Source: Desulfatiglandales bacterium (GTDB lineage Bacteria > Desulfobacterota > DSM-4660 > Desulfatiglandales > Desulfatiglandaceae). Taken from it: a stretch of 64,000 nt of DNA. The translations under genes were made by a program, and so were the position numbers. Each line of letters opens with the position of its first letter. Position 1 is the stretch's first letter. The notes below the pieces were generated by a model. That model was not told the DNA's origin and ran no database searches. It worked only from the letters and a program-made list of their open reading frames with translations. Location: assembly GCA_963662465.1 (NCBI GenBank), contig OY759599.1:928001-992000 (forward strand). The letters are read 5' to 3'. This document shows, in pieces, positions 37,924 to 47,037 of this stretch.

Positions 37924-39936
37924 ATGAGCAAATACGAGTACCTGTTTTCACCCATGAAGCTTGGACCGATTGCACTCAAGAATCGAATTGTGTGTGCCGC
38001 CCATGGAAACCAGGTGGCGGATCCCGTAACCTTTATGGTTACGGAAAGGGCCAAGGCCTATTACCGGGAGAGAGCTGCGGGAGGGTCTGCGGCGATTGTT
38101 CTGGTGTCCTCAAGCGTGGATGAGCGGGCGGATTATTATCCGGCCAATAATTTTGCCCTGTGGAGCGACGATATTATCCCGGGATTGAAAGAGCTTGCGG
38201 ATATTTGTCACGAGTACGATTGCAAATTCTTCATCCAACCCAGCCATCCCGGGGTCCATCAAGGCTGCCATGTACTCGTGGATGAAGTTCCTTTTGCTCC
38301 CTCCCAGGTTCCGGCTATAGAGACCCCCAACCAGGTCCCCATGGCCCTGACAAAAGAGGGGATCGTTGAGATCCAGGATAAATTCGTAAGCGGCGTTCAA
38401 AGGGCCGTTGAGGCGGGGGTTGATGGCATTGAACTCATGTGCGGGCATGACAAGCTGACGTCGGCATTTTTCTCGCCTTTGGCCAACAAGCGTACCGATG
38501 AGTACGGCGGTTCATTGGAAAACCGATTCCGGTTTATGGGCGAGATTTTGGACAAGGTCTCAGCCAAAATAGGGCCGGATTTTCCTATCGGTTTGCGTAT
38601 GAACGTCATGGAACTTGAACCGGGTGGTCTTAGCCTGGAAGAAGGTATCCGCCTGGCAAAGATGTTCGAAGCGACCGGCAAGATTGATTGGCTCGGCTGT
38701 GTGATGTCAACCTATCGATCCATTCCTTTTGAACTCAGCCCCTTTTCCGCCAACCTGGAACCCGGTTGGGGCGGAGAGTTCACCCGACAGGTCAAAGCGG
38801 AATTGAAATTGCCGGTAAGCGTATCCAGCAAAATCAATGATCCGGGCCTGGCCGACAGAATGATTGCGGAAGGCAAATGTGATTACGTCTACATCGCCAG
38901 AGCTCTCATCGCCGATCCCCATTTTCCAAGAAAGGCGCAAGAAGGTCGTGAAGACGATATAACGCCTTGTATCTACTGCAACCAGGGATGTGTGGCGCGG
39001 AGTTTTGACCGAAGTACCACCAACGGCACCCGGTGTACGGTTAATCCTACCTCGGGGGAGGAGACCCGATGGGGAAGTTGGAATTTCAAGCGGGCCCAAC
39101 GCAAAAAGATCCTGGTGGTGGGAGGTGGACCCGCCGGACTCCAGTGCGCCTTGACCGCGGCCAAGCGGGGGCATGATGTGGCCCTGTATGATGGAGAAGA
39201 AGAATTGGGCGGGCAGGCCCGGTATATCAAAATGATCCCCGGGCACATCATGCCGCAGACCTTTCTGGATTACCTGGAACTTCAGGTGAAAAAGCACGGG
39301 GTCAGCTTGAACCTGGGGCAAAAGATTGAGGCCGGCAATGTGGATCGCATTCTTGAAGCTGAAAATCCCGAAGCCATTGTGCTGGCAACCGGGTCCCGAC
39401 CGGCGGCCGACGGGTTAAACGGTCTTACCGCATACCCGATTCCGGGCTGTGACCGATCCAATGTGCATACTTATCTGGATTTTTTGAGAGATGAACCGAA
39501 ACTTGGCGAAAGGGTCCTGATCGTGGATGAATTGGCAGATAGGGTTTCGCCGGGAATTGCGGAGATGCTGGGAGAACAGGGGAAAAAAGTGCATGTCATT
39601 ACCCGATGGCCCATGTTGAGTCCAAACCTGATGATATGGCTCGACGCGCCGTTCACATTTGGAAAGCTGGATGCATTTGGCGTTCAGGTGACGCCCTTTA
39701 CCTGGGTAAAGGAGATTACCGACAGTGGGGCCACCCTCATCAATATCAATAGCCAGCGTGAATATGACATTGATGTTGACAGTGTGATCCTGGCTACCAT
39801 GAAGTACTCCAATATCGAGGTCGCTTCCCTGTTTCAAGACAAAGGGATGCCGCTTCACGTAATAGGCGATGCCAGAGCGCCACGCTTCATGTGGAATGCC
39901 ACCCATGATGGGCAGAAGATCGGCAGCGAGTTATAA
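37924..39936 (+). CDS. FadH/OYE-family flavin FeS oxidoreductase 3
   Basis: KRTDEYGGSLENRFR, CIYCNQGC..C, GGGPAG and IGDARAPR. Confidence 0.9.
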   Translation: MSKYEYLFSPMKLGPIALKNRIVCAAHGNQVADPVTFMVTERAKAYYRERAAGGSAAIVLVSSSVDERADYYPANNFALWSDDIIPGLKELADICHEYDCKFFIQPSHPGVHQGCHVLVDEVPFAPSQVPAIETPNQVPMALTKEGIVEIQDKFVSGVQRAVEAGVDGIELMCGHDKLTSAFFSPLANKRTDEYGGSLENRFRFMGEILDKVSAKIGPDFPIGLRMNVMELEPGGLSLEEGIRLAKMFEATGKIDWLGCVMSTYRSIPFELSPFSANLEPGWGGEFTRQVKAELKLPVSVSSKINDPGLADRMIAEGKCDYVYIARALIADPHFPRKAQEGREDDITPCIYCNQGCVARSFDRSTTNGTRCTVNPTSGEETRWGSWNFKRAQRKKILVVGGGPAGLQCALTAAKRGHDVALYDGEEELGGQARYIKMIPGHIMPQTFLDYLELQVKKHGVSLNLGQKIEAGNVDRILEAENPEAIVLATGSRPAADGLNGLTAYPIPGCDRSNVHTYLDFLRDEPKLGERVLIVDELADRVSPGIAEMLGEQGKKVHVITRWPMLSPNLMIWLDAPFTFGKLDAFGVQVTPFTWVKEITDSGATLININSQREYDIDVDSVILATMKYSNIEVASLFQDKGMPLHVIGDARAPRFMWNATHDGQKIGSEL

Positions 39937-39977
39937 AAATTGCGGCGAAGCTTTGAATTGATGAAGGAGATCCTTCA

Positions 39978-40949
39978 ATGGTTAGAGAAATCTGGGTTTA
40001 CCTGGAAAGTGATGAGAATGGTTTCCATGAATCGGCGCATAGAATGGTTCATGAAGCCAGACGAACCGCCGAAATTGTTGGGGGATCTCCATGCGGGTTT
40101 TTATTGGAAAATGGCATTGAATGGTCTGAAAACGCCCCAAAGCTGGAAGGACTTGAAAAACTATACGTAATCCAAGAGGCAAAGGGTTTCTCCATCGAGA
40201 CCCGTGCCGGCGTCATTCGAAATGTCGTTCAGAAAAAAATGCCGCATATGGTCTTGTTTGCGGGTACCTTTACAGGCAACGAGTTGGGGGGCCGTGTGGC
40301 CGCGGCGCTTGATAGAGGGTACATTTCCGACTGCACGGATTTCGAGATGGATGACGGTCTTGTTTTCGCAAGGAAGTCAATTTATGGGGGGAAGGCGGAT
40401 GTGCTGCTCAAATGGGAAACCGCCTTTCCCCTTTTTGCGAGCATTCATTTGAATTCATTGGAAAATATTTCTGTAAGCAGTGCCCAACCACCTGAAGTTG
40501 TTTTATTGAAGAAGGATATGGAGGCGCCCAGGGCTAAATTGCGCAACAGATGGCGGGTTCCCCCAAGCGAGCTGGACCTGAATGAAGCCGCCATTGTCAT
40601 CGGCGTGGGCAAGGGTGTTCCATTTAGTTCTATGTCGGAAATTTACCGGCTTTCCGAGGTCCTGGAGGCTGCTGTGGGTGGGACTCGAATCGCTGTTCAT
40701 GCGGGACTGATTCCGGTTGAACGGCAGATCGGAACAACAGGCAAATGGCTCAATTCGGATCTATACATCGCCTTGGGCATATCAGGGGCGCCGCAGCATA
40801 TGATGGGCATAAAAGATGTGCGCAAAATCATCGCCGTGAATATGTGGAAAGGGGCGTCTATTTTTCAAAAGGCGGATTTAGGGGTGGTGGGAGACCTTCG
40901 CGAAATTTTGCCGGAACTCTTGGTTTTGTTGGAAAAAGGAAAGCGCTGA
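39978..40949 (+). CDS. etfA: Electron transfer flavoprotein alpha subunit
   Basis: VIGVGKGV, RQIGTTGK, YIALGISGAPQH and IIAVN. Confidence 0.9.
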   Translation: MVREIWVYLESDENGFHESAHRMVHEARRTAEIVGGSPCGFLLENGIEWSENAPKLEGLEKLYVIQEAKGFSIETRAGVIRNVVQKKMPHMVLFAGTFTGNELGGRVAAALDRGYISDCTDFEMDDGLVFARKSIYGGKADVLLKWETAFPLFASIHLNSLENISVSSAQPPEVVLLKKDMEAPRAKLRNRWRVPPSELDLNEAAIVIGVGKGVPFSSMSEIYRLSEVLEAAVGGTRIAVHAGLIPVERQIGTTGKWLNSDLYIALGISGAPQHMMGIKDVRKIIAVNMWKGASIFQKADLGVVGDLREILPELLVLLEKGKR

Positions 40950-40953
40950 AGCC

Positions 40954-41790
40954 ATGGAAGGCCTGAAAATTGTTGTCTGCTCCAAAACAATAACCGATCC
41001 GGATCTGGTGACGTTCGATGTTGTCAAGGAAGAATTTGGCGCCGTTTACCCAATCCCCGATCCAATGGATGAGTATCTTCTGGAAGAGGCCATACGAATT
41101 CGCGAGAAGCATGGCGGAGAAATTATTGTCCTCAGTGCCGGTCCGGAAGAAATCGAGAAAATTCTGGAGAAAACGTTGCGCTTCGGAGCTGATCGCGCCA
41201 TTCGCATATGGGATGACGGCCTGATGGATCCGGATACCTGGATGATATCGCAAGTGATTGAAAAAGGACTTCGCGGTATTGAATTTGACTTGGTTCTGTG
41301 TGGTTCACGGAGTTCGGATACCGGGAGCGGGACATTTGTTCCCTTACTGGCCCGGAACCTGGATCTGCCTTGTATATGCGGGGTTGTGTCCATGGAATTT
41401 GAGGCCAAGACAACACTGGTGGCGCACAAGAAACTGGAGAGAGGGATGCGCGAGGAATATGTTTTGGCATTTCCGGCTGTCCTCGGTCTTGATCCGGGGA
41501 TAAACCTTCCCCGCTATGTAGCCCCTTATAGCAAGGTCTATTGCCGGGGTATGCAAAGAAGCGTCGAGAGGATGACGGCAACGTCTTTTTTAAAGGTTTT
41601 GGAAAAGCGTGTTTCCGTGGGTCGCCTTTGTCAGCGAAAGCCCCGGGTGAAAAAAGGGATCAACACATCCGCCCTTTCCATGCAGGATCGGCTTCGCATG
41701 ATGAGGGGCGAACTCGGAGACAAAAAACGCAGGTTTCAAGGTGAACCGGCCGCAGTGGCCAGAGAGATTCTTAAAGAGATTAAAATGTAG
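40954..41790 (+). CDS. etfB: Electron transfer flavoprotein beta subunit
   Basis: KIVVCSK, DEYLLEEAIRIREK, GADRAI and DLVLCGSRSSD. Confidence 0.88.
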   Translation: MEGLKIVVCSKTITDPDLVTFDVVKEEFGAVYPIPDPMDEYLLEEAIRIREKHGGEIIVLSAGPEEIEKILEKTLRFGADRAIRIWDDGLMDPDTWMISQVIEKGLRGIEFDLVLCGSRSSDTGSGTFVPLLARNLDLPCICGVVSMEFEAKTTLVAHKKLERGMREEYVLAFPAVLGLDPGINLPRYVAPYSKVYCRGMQRSVERMTATSFLKVLEKRVSVGRLCQRKPRVKKGINTSALSMQDRLRMMRGELGDKKRRFQGEPAAVAREILKEIKM

Positions 41791-41834
41791 TTGGGAAGCG
41801 ATTCACAATTGCCTGGGAAGAGGCGCAAAATGAT

Positions 41835-43772
41835 ATGGAACTGAGTACACTGGAAAGGGCGGTATTTTGGATTTTGCTGGCGGGCGCAGCCGTTATATCC
41901 GCAGCCAAGGTTGCCTGGACTTTAAGCAGGGTTCGCAGGGGAAGAGATCCGGATCTCATGGACAAACTCCGGTCTAGATTGCGCAAGACGCTCCTTTATG
42001 TTCCACTCCAAATATCCAACCTGGAGTCGGTTTCTCTCAGGGATCCGTCGGGCTTGATCCATTTTATCCTTTTCTGGGGGGCTCTGATACTGGGTTCCTA
42101 TTTTTTCGTCTTTCTGGTCCTGGGAGACGGACTTGGATTATCAGCATTTTTTCGGGAAAGCGCGGCGTTTGCATGGTTGCTTACAGCATCGGGGTGGGTG
42201 GCGATTGCACTTATCCCCGCCATGTTTTTCGCCGCAATACGGCGGCTGGTCAAGAGGCCCGAAAGGCTCGGTCCTGAGTTTGACGGCGCCATATTCATGG
42301 TTTTGACCACGGGCGTCTTCCTGCTGGCGGCGGGGGCGTTTGTGTCCGAGGGACTTCGTGCATTCTTGCATGGGACCGGTTATCATGCCCCGTTGGCGGG
42401 GAGTTTATCTTCATGGTTCGGGCGAAGCGGGATCGAAGCTTCCTTTGCGCACGGCTTATTGAGGTCCGTCTGGTGGGTGCAGGTCGGGACGCTTGTCGGG
42501 TTATTGGTCTACGCCCCTTTTTCCGGACACCGACACCCGTTTTATGGGCCATTCAATATTTTTTTTCAACTCGCCCGTCATCCGAGGTGTATGGCGCCGG
42601 TGGATTTGACGTCGGGGAAGCCTCTCGGGGCCTCAAAGTCGGAACATCTCACCTGGAAACAATTCCTGGAAGCACTTTCCTGTACTCAATGCGGAAGATG
42701 TCAGGATGCCTGTCCCGCTTATGCTACGGGAAAGCTGCTCTCCCCCAAGGCCATCCTCATGGGTACGAAACGAAAACTTGAAAGCACTGATAATGTTTTT
42801 ACGCTGGATAAAGTCTCTGCCTACGTCTTTTCCTGCACAGCCTGTGGGGCGTGCGTAGCGGTATGTCCCATGACCAACCGTCCCATGGAACTGATTATGG
42901 AGTTGAAGCGTGGCTTGGTTTACGAGGGGGTATATGAGGCTGGGCAGCAGCGTGCATTGAAACGTGTGAGCCGGGATTACAATCCCTTTGGGCGGCGGTG
43001 GAATCAGCGGGGGGAATCCCTGCGTTTGAAGCAGGCGCGTGAAGATGAACACTATGACTGCATTTACTGGATCGGTTGTCTTGCCGCCTTTGATGATACG
43101 GTAAGGCGGATTGCCGAATCAACCGCTTCAATCCTTCGAGCGGCGGGTGTTAACTTCGCTGTATTGGGTGTGAAGGAAGCCTGCTGCGGCGACTTTGTCA
43201 GGCGTCTTGGCGACGAAGGGCTATTTCAGAAACTCGCTGAAATGAACATTGAAACACTGAAGGGGTATGATTTCGATTTCATTTTGACCCACTGTCCTCA
43301 TTGCTTTAATGTCCTTTCCAATGAATACAAACAATTCGGAGGAAATTTTAAAGTCGTCCATCATAGTCAGTTCATAGAACAACTTATGAATCAAGGTCAG
43401 ATCAAAACCAGCGTTGGTAAAGAAAAAATTGTATTTCATGATCCGTGTTATCTTGGTCGATTCAATGAAATTTATGAATCGCCGAGAAATGTGCTGACCC
43501 CAATTGCGGGTCAGCTGATGGAATTTCCCTCGAACCATGCGCAAAGCGTTTGTTGCGGCGCCGGTGGGGGGCATGTCTGGATGGAAGAGGAGATTGGTGA
43601 AAAGATGAGCGTTCGAAGATTGCGGGAGATTTCTAAAAATCCGCCCGATGTTGTGGCTACGGCTTGTCCCTTCTGTTTGATGATGCTTCAGGAGGCTTCC
43701 TTGATCCTTGATGATCAGCCGGCTTTTCGAATCGCGGATTTATCGGAATTGATTGAAAACAATATGCAATGA
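41835..43772 (+). CDS. Membrane FeS/CCG oxidoreductase (HdrF/ETF:quinone oxidoreductase-like)
   Basis: TM N-terminus, CTQCGRCQDACP, CTACGACVAVCP, two CCG motifs and HDPCYLGR. Confidence 0.88.
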   Translation: MELSTLERAVFWILLAGAAVISAAKVAWTLSRVRRGRDPDLMDKLRSRLRKTLLYVPLQISNLESVSLRDPSGLIHFILFWGALILGSYFFVFLVLGDGLGLSAFFRESAAFAWLLTASGWVAIALIPAMFFAAIRRLVKRPERLGPEFDGAIFMVLTTGVFLLAAGAFVSEGLRAFLHGTGYHAPLAGSLSSWFGRSGIEASFAHGLLRSVWWVQVGTLVGLLVYAPFSGHRHPFYGPFNIFFQLARHPRCMAPVDLTSGKPLGASKSEHLTWKQFLEALSCTQCGRCQDACPAYATGKLLSPKAILMGTKRKLESTDNVFTLDKVSAYVFSCTACGACVAVCPMTNRPMELIMELKRGLVYEGVYEAGQQRALKRVSRDYNPFGRRWNQRGESLRLKQAREDEHYDCIYWIGCLAAFDDTVRRIAESTASILRAAGVNFAVLGVKEACCGDFVRRLGDEGLFQKLAEMNIETLKGYDFDFILTHCPHCFNVLSNEYKQFGGNFKVVHHSQFIEQLMNQGQIKTSVGKEKIVFHDPCYLGRFNEIYESPRNVLTPIAGQLMEFPSNHAQSVCCGAGGGHVWMEEEIGEKMSVRRLREISKNPPDVVATACPFCLMMLQEASLILDDQPAFRIADLSELIENNMQ

Positions 43773-43951
43773 GCGATTATAATTTGTTCAAACGCTTGAA
43801 AACGGATTGCAGGAGAAAAGTAGAACTGGTTATGACTAGTGCTGGCGCGCCTGAGGATCTTATCGACCGGGCCAATCATCTCACCTAATTCAAGCAGATC
43901 AAACACCCCTACTATTCGGACGCCAAGGCAAGAAAGGGCATTGAATTCTAG
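43769..43951 (+). pseudogene. cobO: Chimeric remnant: an OYE-like start fused to the C-terminus of a cob(I)alamin adenosyltransferase (CobO/BtuR)
   Basis: MSDYNLFKRLK...VELVMTSAGAPEDLIDRANHLT*FKQIKHPYYSDAKARKGIEF*. Confidence 0.75.
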
Positions 43952-44026
43952 CGGGTCAAAAATGTGGGCTTTGATTTTGTCGGGACAACGCTAAATCAAT
44001 AATTTTGATATGCTAAGGAGTATTCG

Positions 44027-45199
44027 ATGTCCAACTCATCAATGACGGAAACATTCATCTCCGGCCTGGGAGTCCTGGCAATCATCTATTTTCTGCTCTG
44101 GGGACTACTGTACCTAATCTACGGCAAAACCCTGGTGGTTCGCCTGTGGCAGCGTTTAGGTCCGGGCATTATGGTTTTCTGCTTTCTTGGCGTTTTGGCT
44201 GGAAAATTCGAAGAAAGGGGTGTCAGCGACCTGATCACCAAGATAGTCCTTCCTTTGGGCGCTCTGGTACTCATGACGGTAAATCTCATTATTGTGGCCC
44301 GAGGAATAGCACAACCCATTCAGCGGACCGTAAGAGGGATCACTGAAGGCGCCGACGAAGTGGTTGACGCTTCTGAGCAGATCTCCTCGGCCAGCAACAC
44401 CTTGGCCATAGGGGCAGCGGAGCAGGCGGCATCTATTGAAGAAACCTCCTCTTCCCTGGAAGAGATGGCTGTCATGACCCAGAAAAACTCAGAAAATGCC
44501 GGTCAGGCAGACTCGCTGATGAAAGAGACCGATGATGCTGTGAAGGAAGCCCAGAGTGTCATGGCGGCGTTGAATACTTCCATGGGAGAGATTTCCGAGG
44601 CCAGTGAAAAAACCCAGAAGATCGTCAAAACCATCGATGAGATCGCCTTCCAGACCAACCTGTTGGCCCTCAATGCTGCCGTTGAGGCGGCCCGGGCCGG
44701 CGAGGCGGGCGCAGGCTTCGCCGTGGTGGCTGACGAAGTGCGCAACCTGGCCATGCGCGCAGCCGAGGCGGCGAGAAACACCGCAGAGTTGATCGATGGG
44801 ACGGTTCGCAAGGTAGAAAAAGGGACGAAAACGGTGGATCGGACCTCAGAGATTTTCGCCCAGGTGGTCAGTAATTCCGGTAAGGCCGGCGAATTGGTCA
44901 ATGAAATCGCTTCGGCCTCTTCGGAACAGGCCCAGGGCGTTGGCCAGCTCAACACCGCAATGGCGGAAATGGACAAGGTGGTTCAACAAAACGCCGCGAC
45001 AGCCGAGGAGGTCGCAGCGGCCACGGAATCGATTTGCGGCCAGGCGGACCGAATGCGGAAACGCATTTCGGAACTGTCAGCCATGGTTTTCGATGCACGA
45101 AGAGAGAGGGGCAGAGCCCGAGTCACCACAGGCGACGCGCCATCAATCTCAGAAGACCGGAAGCTCCTGCCGTCCGTTTCCAGATTTGCAGACTATTAA
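44027..45199 (+). CDS. Methyl-accepting chemotaxis protein with an intramembrane N-terminus
   Basis: [37 protein letters not shown]; three hydrophobic N-terminal segments. Confidence 0.93.
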   Translation: MSNSSMTETFISGLGVLAIIYFLLWGLLYLIYGKTLVVRLWQRLGPGIMVFCFLGVLAGKFEERGVSDLITKIVLPLGALVLMTVNLIIVARGIAQPIQRTVRGITEGADEVVDASEQISSASNTLAIGAAEQAASIEETSSSLEEMAVMTQKNSENAGQADSLMKETDDAVKEAQSVMAALNTSMGEISEASEKTQKIVKTIDEIAFQTNLLALNAAVEAARAGEAGAGFAVVADEVRNLAMRAAEAARNTAELIDGTVRKVEKGTKTVDRTSEIFAQVVSNSGKAGELVNEIASASSEQAQGVGQLNTAMAEMDKVVQQNAATAEEVAAATESICGQADRMRKRISELSAMVFDARRERGRARVTTGDAPSISEDRKLLPSVSRFADY

Positions 45200-45379
45200 A
45201 GGGTGTTAAAACAATCGGGTGATAGTATAATAAAAACAATTGCATATACATGAAAAAGCCTCTATAAATAGTATCTGCTGAATTTTAGCCCTATGAAGAG
45301 ATTGGGTCGTTATCCATACCTCAATATGCTACTATTCGGATAGCTGTTTAAAGGTGTCTCATCCATCTCATATAGGTTT

Positions 45380-45546
45380 AGGGTAGGGCGTCTAAAACGA
45401 CAAAAAAACATTCCCCGGTTTTTGCCCCCCCCCAATTTCTGGATTTGTGGTTGCCCTGTTTGTGCCCACAAATCTAGAAATTTGGGGGGCCAAAAACCGA
45501 GCAACAAATTTGAGCGCTTTTGGCTCTTTTTAGGCGCCCTAGGCCT
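45380..45546. repeat. Degenerate long inverted repeat
   Basis: Core arms 45416-45450 and 45466-45499; outer arms tagggcgtctaaaa / ttttaggcgcccta. Confidence 0.7.
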
Positions 45547-45731
45547 GGGCCATTGCATGGGTGGGGACAAGTATGGGGTCAGCAAGTTATGCACCGTCTC
45601 CATTTTTTCCGTGTAATACGAAAATAAGTAAACCCTCACGACAAAGGGATTTGCCACCCCCGCGGATGAAAATAACATCTACCGCTTTTAAGCTAACAGC
45701 TAATCGCTAACGGCTGTATTTTCATGGTAAA
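45545..45731 (+). repeat. Direct repeat copy 2 (degenerate thiolase 3' end plus intergenic DNA)
   Basis: Encodes LGHCMGGDKYGVSKLCTVSIFSV* versus LAHCMGGDKDGDSKSCTVSIFSV*; the match continues about 115 nt past the stop. Confidence 0.9.
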
Positions 45732-45768
45732 AATTGGGGCGTTGGTACAGGCAGGCCAGAGATTGCTT

Positions 45769-46551
45769 TCAATTGAAGTAGATTACTACACTTGAATTGT
45801 CTATGCAACAAACGCAATTATCGGCAGCTCGAATGCCACTGATTTTGGAATTGACTGGGACATTCACCGTTATTAAATTATTTCCTGAGTTTCCTGAAGA
45901 AGACACGGCGGCTACTGTTTTCAATGTTTCCCATTTGTTTGCTCGGTAAATCTGTATCATCACGTTACTTTTGCAGTTAAATCCTCTTCCGGTGTCAAAA
46001 GTCAAATCAAATGCACGGACATATTGGTCTGGGAATTTATATGTATGGGCTCCTAGGAAACAGCAACACCCTTTTTCTGCATTTTCTTTATTTTTGCAGG
46101 AGAGCCTGAGCACTTTTTGTGTTCCTCCCGGACCTCCTTTTGCAGCCGTACCATACCATGGGTAGACACCGTCCACGGAACCTTTGAATTCGCTGACTGT
46201 ACCAGCGATGAAATAGTCGCCGCTATAATAGGGTTGTCCTTGGGCGCCTAGCTTGGGATCAAGAATCCATCCGTCATACAATTGTCCGTTACCTTTCGGA
46301 TTCCGATGCAGCATCAAATGGCGCCCAACTAGAAACCCCTCCACCGGCGTTCCCAGAAGAGTGCCGGTCACCTGCTTCGTTTGGGGATTGTATTTGTAAA
46401 TAAGCAATCCTATGTAACCATTGCAATTCACATTCCAGCTGGTAGGGTATGGCGTTTGTTGGCCAAATGCGAAATGAGCCGAAAAGACCCAACAGATAAT
46501 TCCCACAACAACCGGGACTAGAGCCCCATGCATTTTCCTTTTCGTATTCAT
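45769..46551 (-). CDS. Exported hypothetical protein with a Cys-rich C-terminal domain
   Basis: GGAGG precedes ATG 46551; signal peptide ending AFG/QQ; KGCCCF and NCVCCID motifs. Confidence 0.7.
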   Translation of the reverse strand: MNTKRKMHGALVPVVVGIICWVFSAHFAFGQQTPYPTSWNVNCNGYIGLLIYKYNPQTKQVTGTLLGTPVEGFLVGRHLMLHRNPKGNGQLYDGWILDPKLGAQGQPYYSGDYFIAGTVSEFKGSVDGVYPWYGTAAKGGPGGTQKVLRLSCKNKENAEKGCCCFLGAHTYKFPDQYVRAFDLTFDTGRGFNCKSNVMIQIYRANKWETLKTVAAVSSSGNSGNNLITVNVPVNSKISGIRAADNCVCCIDNSSVVIYFN

Positions 46552-47037
46552 TTCGCTCACGCCTCCAATTTTTACTAGAGTATTCATTTTGTCACCCGAA
46601 AGCCTCAAGAACCTTATTTGCATTTAGATTCTTACGCTTTCAATGTGAGAGCCTATCTCTCAGAATGTCCGGATCTATTTGATAATAATGCGTTTCCCAG
46701 TTGTATTGAAAATTTAAAATATCTTTTGCTAGGATTTAGTTTGATAATTTTAATGTTAAACAACATTTCGCGCTTAGGTCAATTCAAATTTCATTACACA
46801 ATAAATTCGTTGACGTTCCAGCAAGAGCAATTGCTCATAAAGAATGCTGTAGCTGGGAATCTGAGTTATGCCAATAGTCGCAGATTCGGAGACCGGATGA
46901 TTCTCCTTTGCTTCCAGGGCCGAGGGGGTAAGGAATAGATGGAAACAGAGACTGAGAAATACGATACACATATGGAGGAGGGATGTTGCCATTAAAAATA
47001 TAACCTTTATTTTGATTGCAGGCTTTTCGTTCAGGGC

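Noticed and set aside
45240..45380. Further upstream thiolase homology before repeat copy 2
   Set aside because: There is only a short patchy match around ctatgaag and the spacing is inconsistent; not supportable by eye.
29328..45716. CRISPR array
   Set aside because: The units are 7-nt tandem repeats without spacers, and there are no cas genes.
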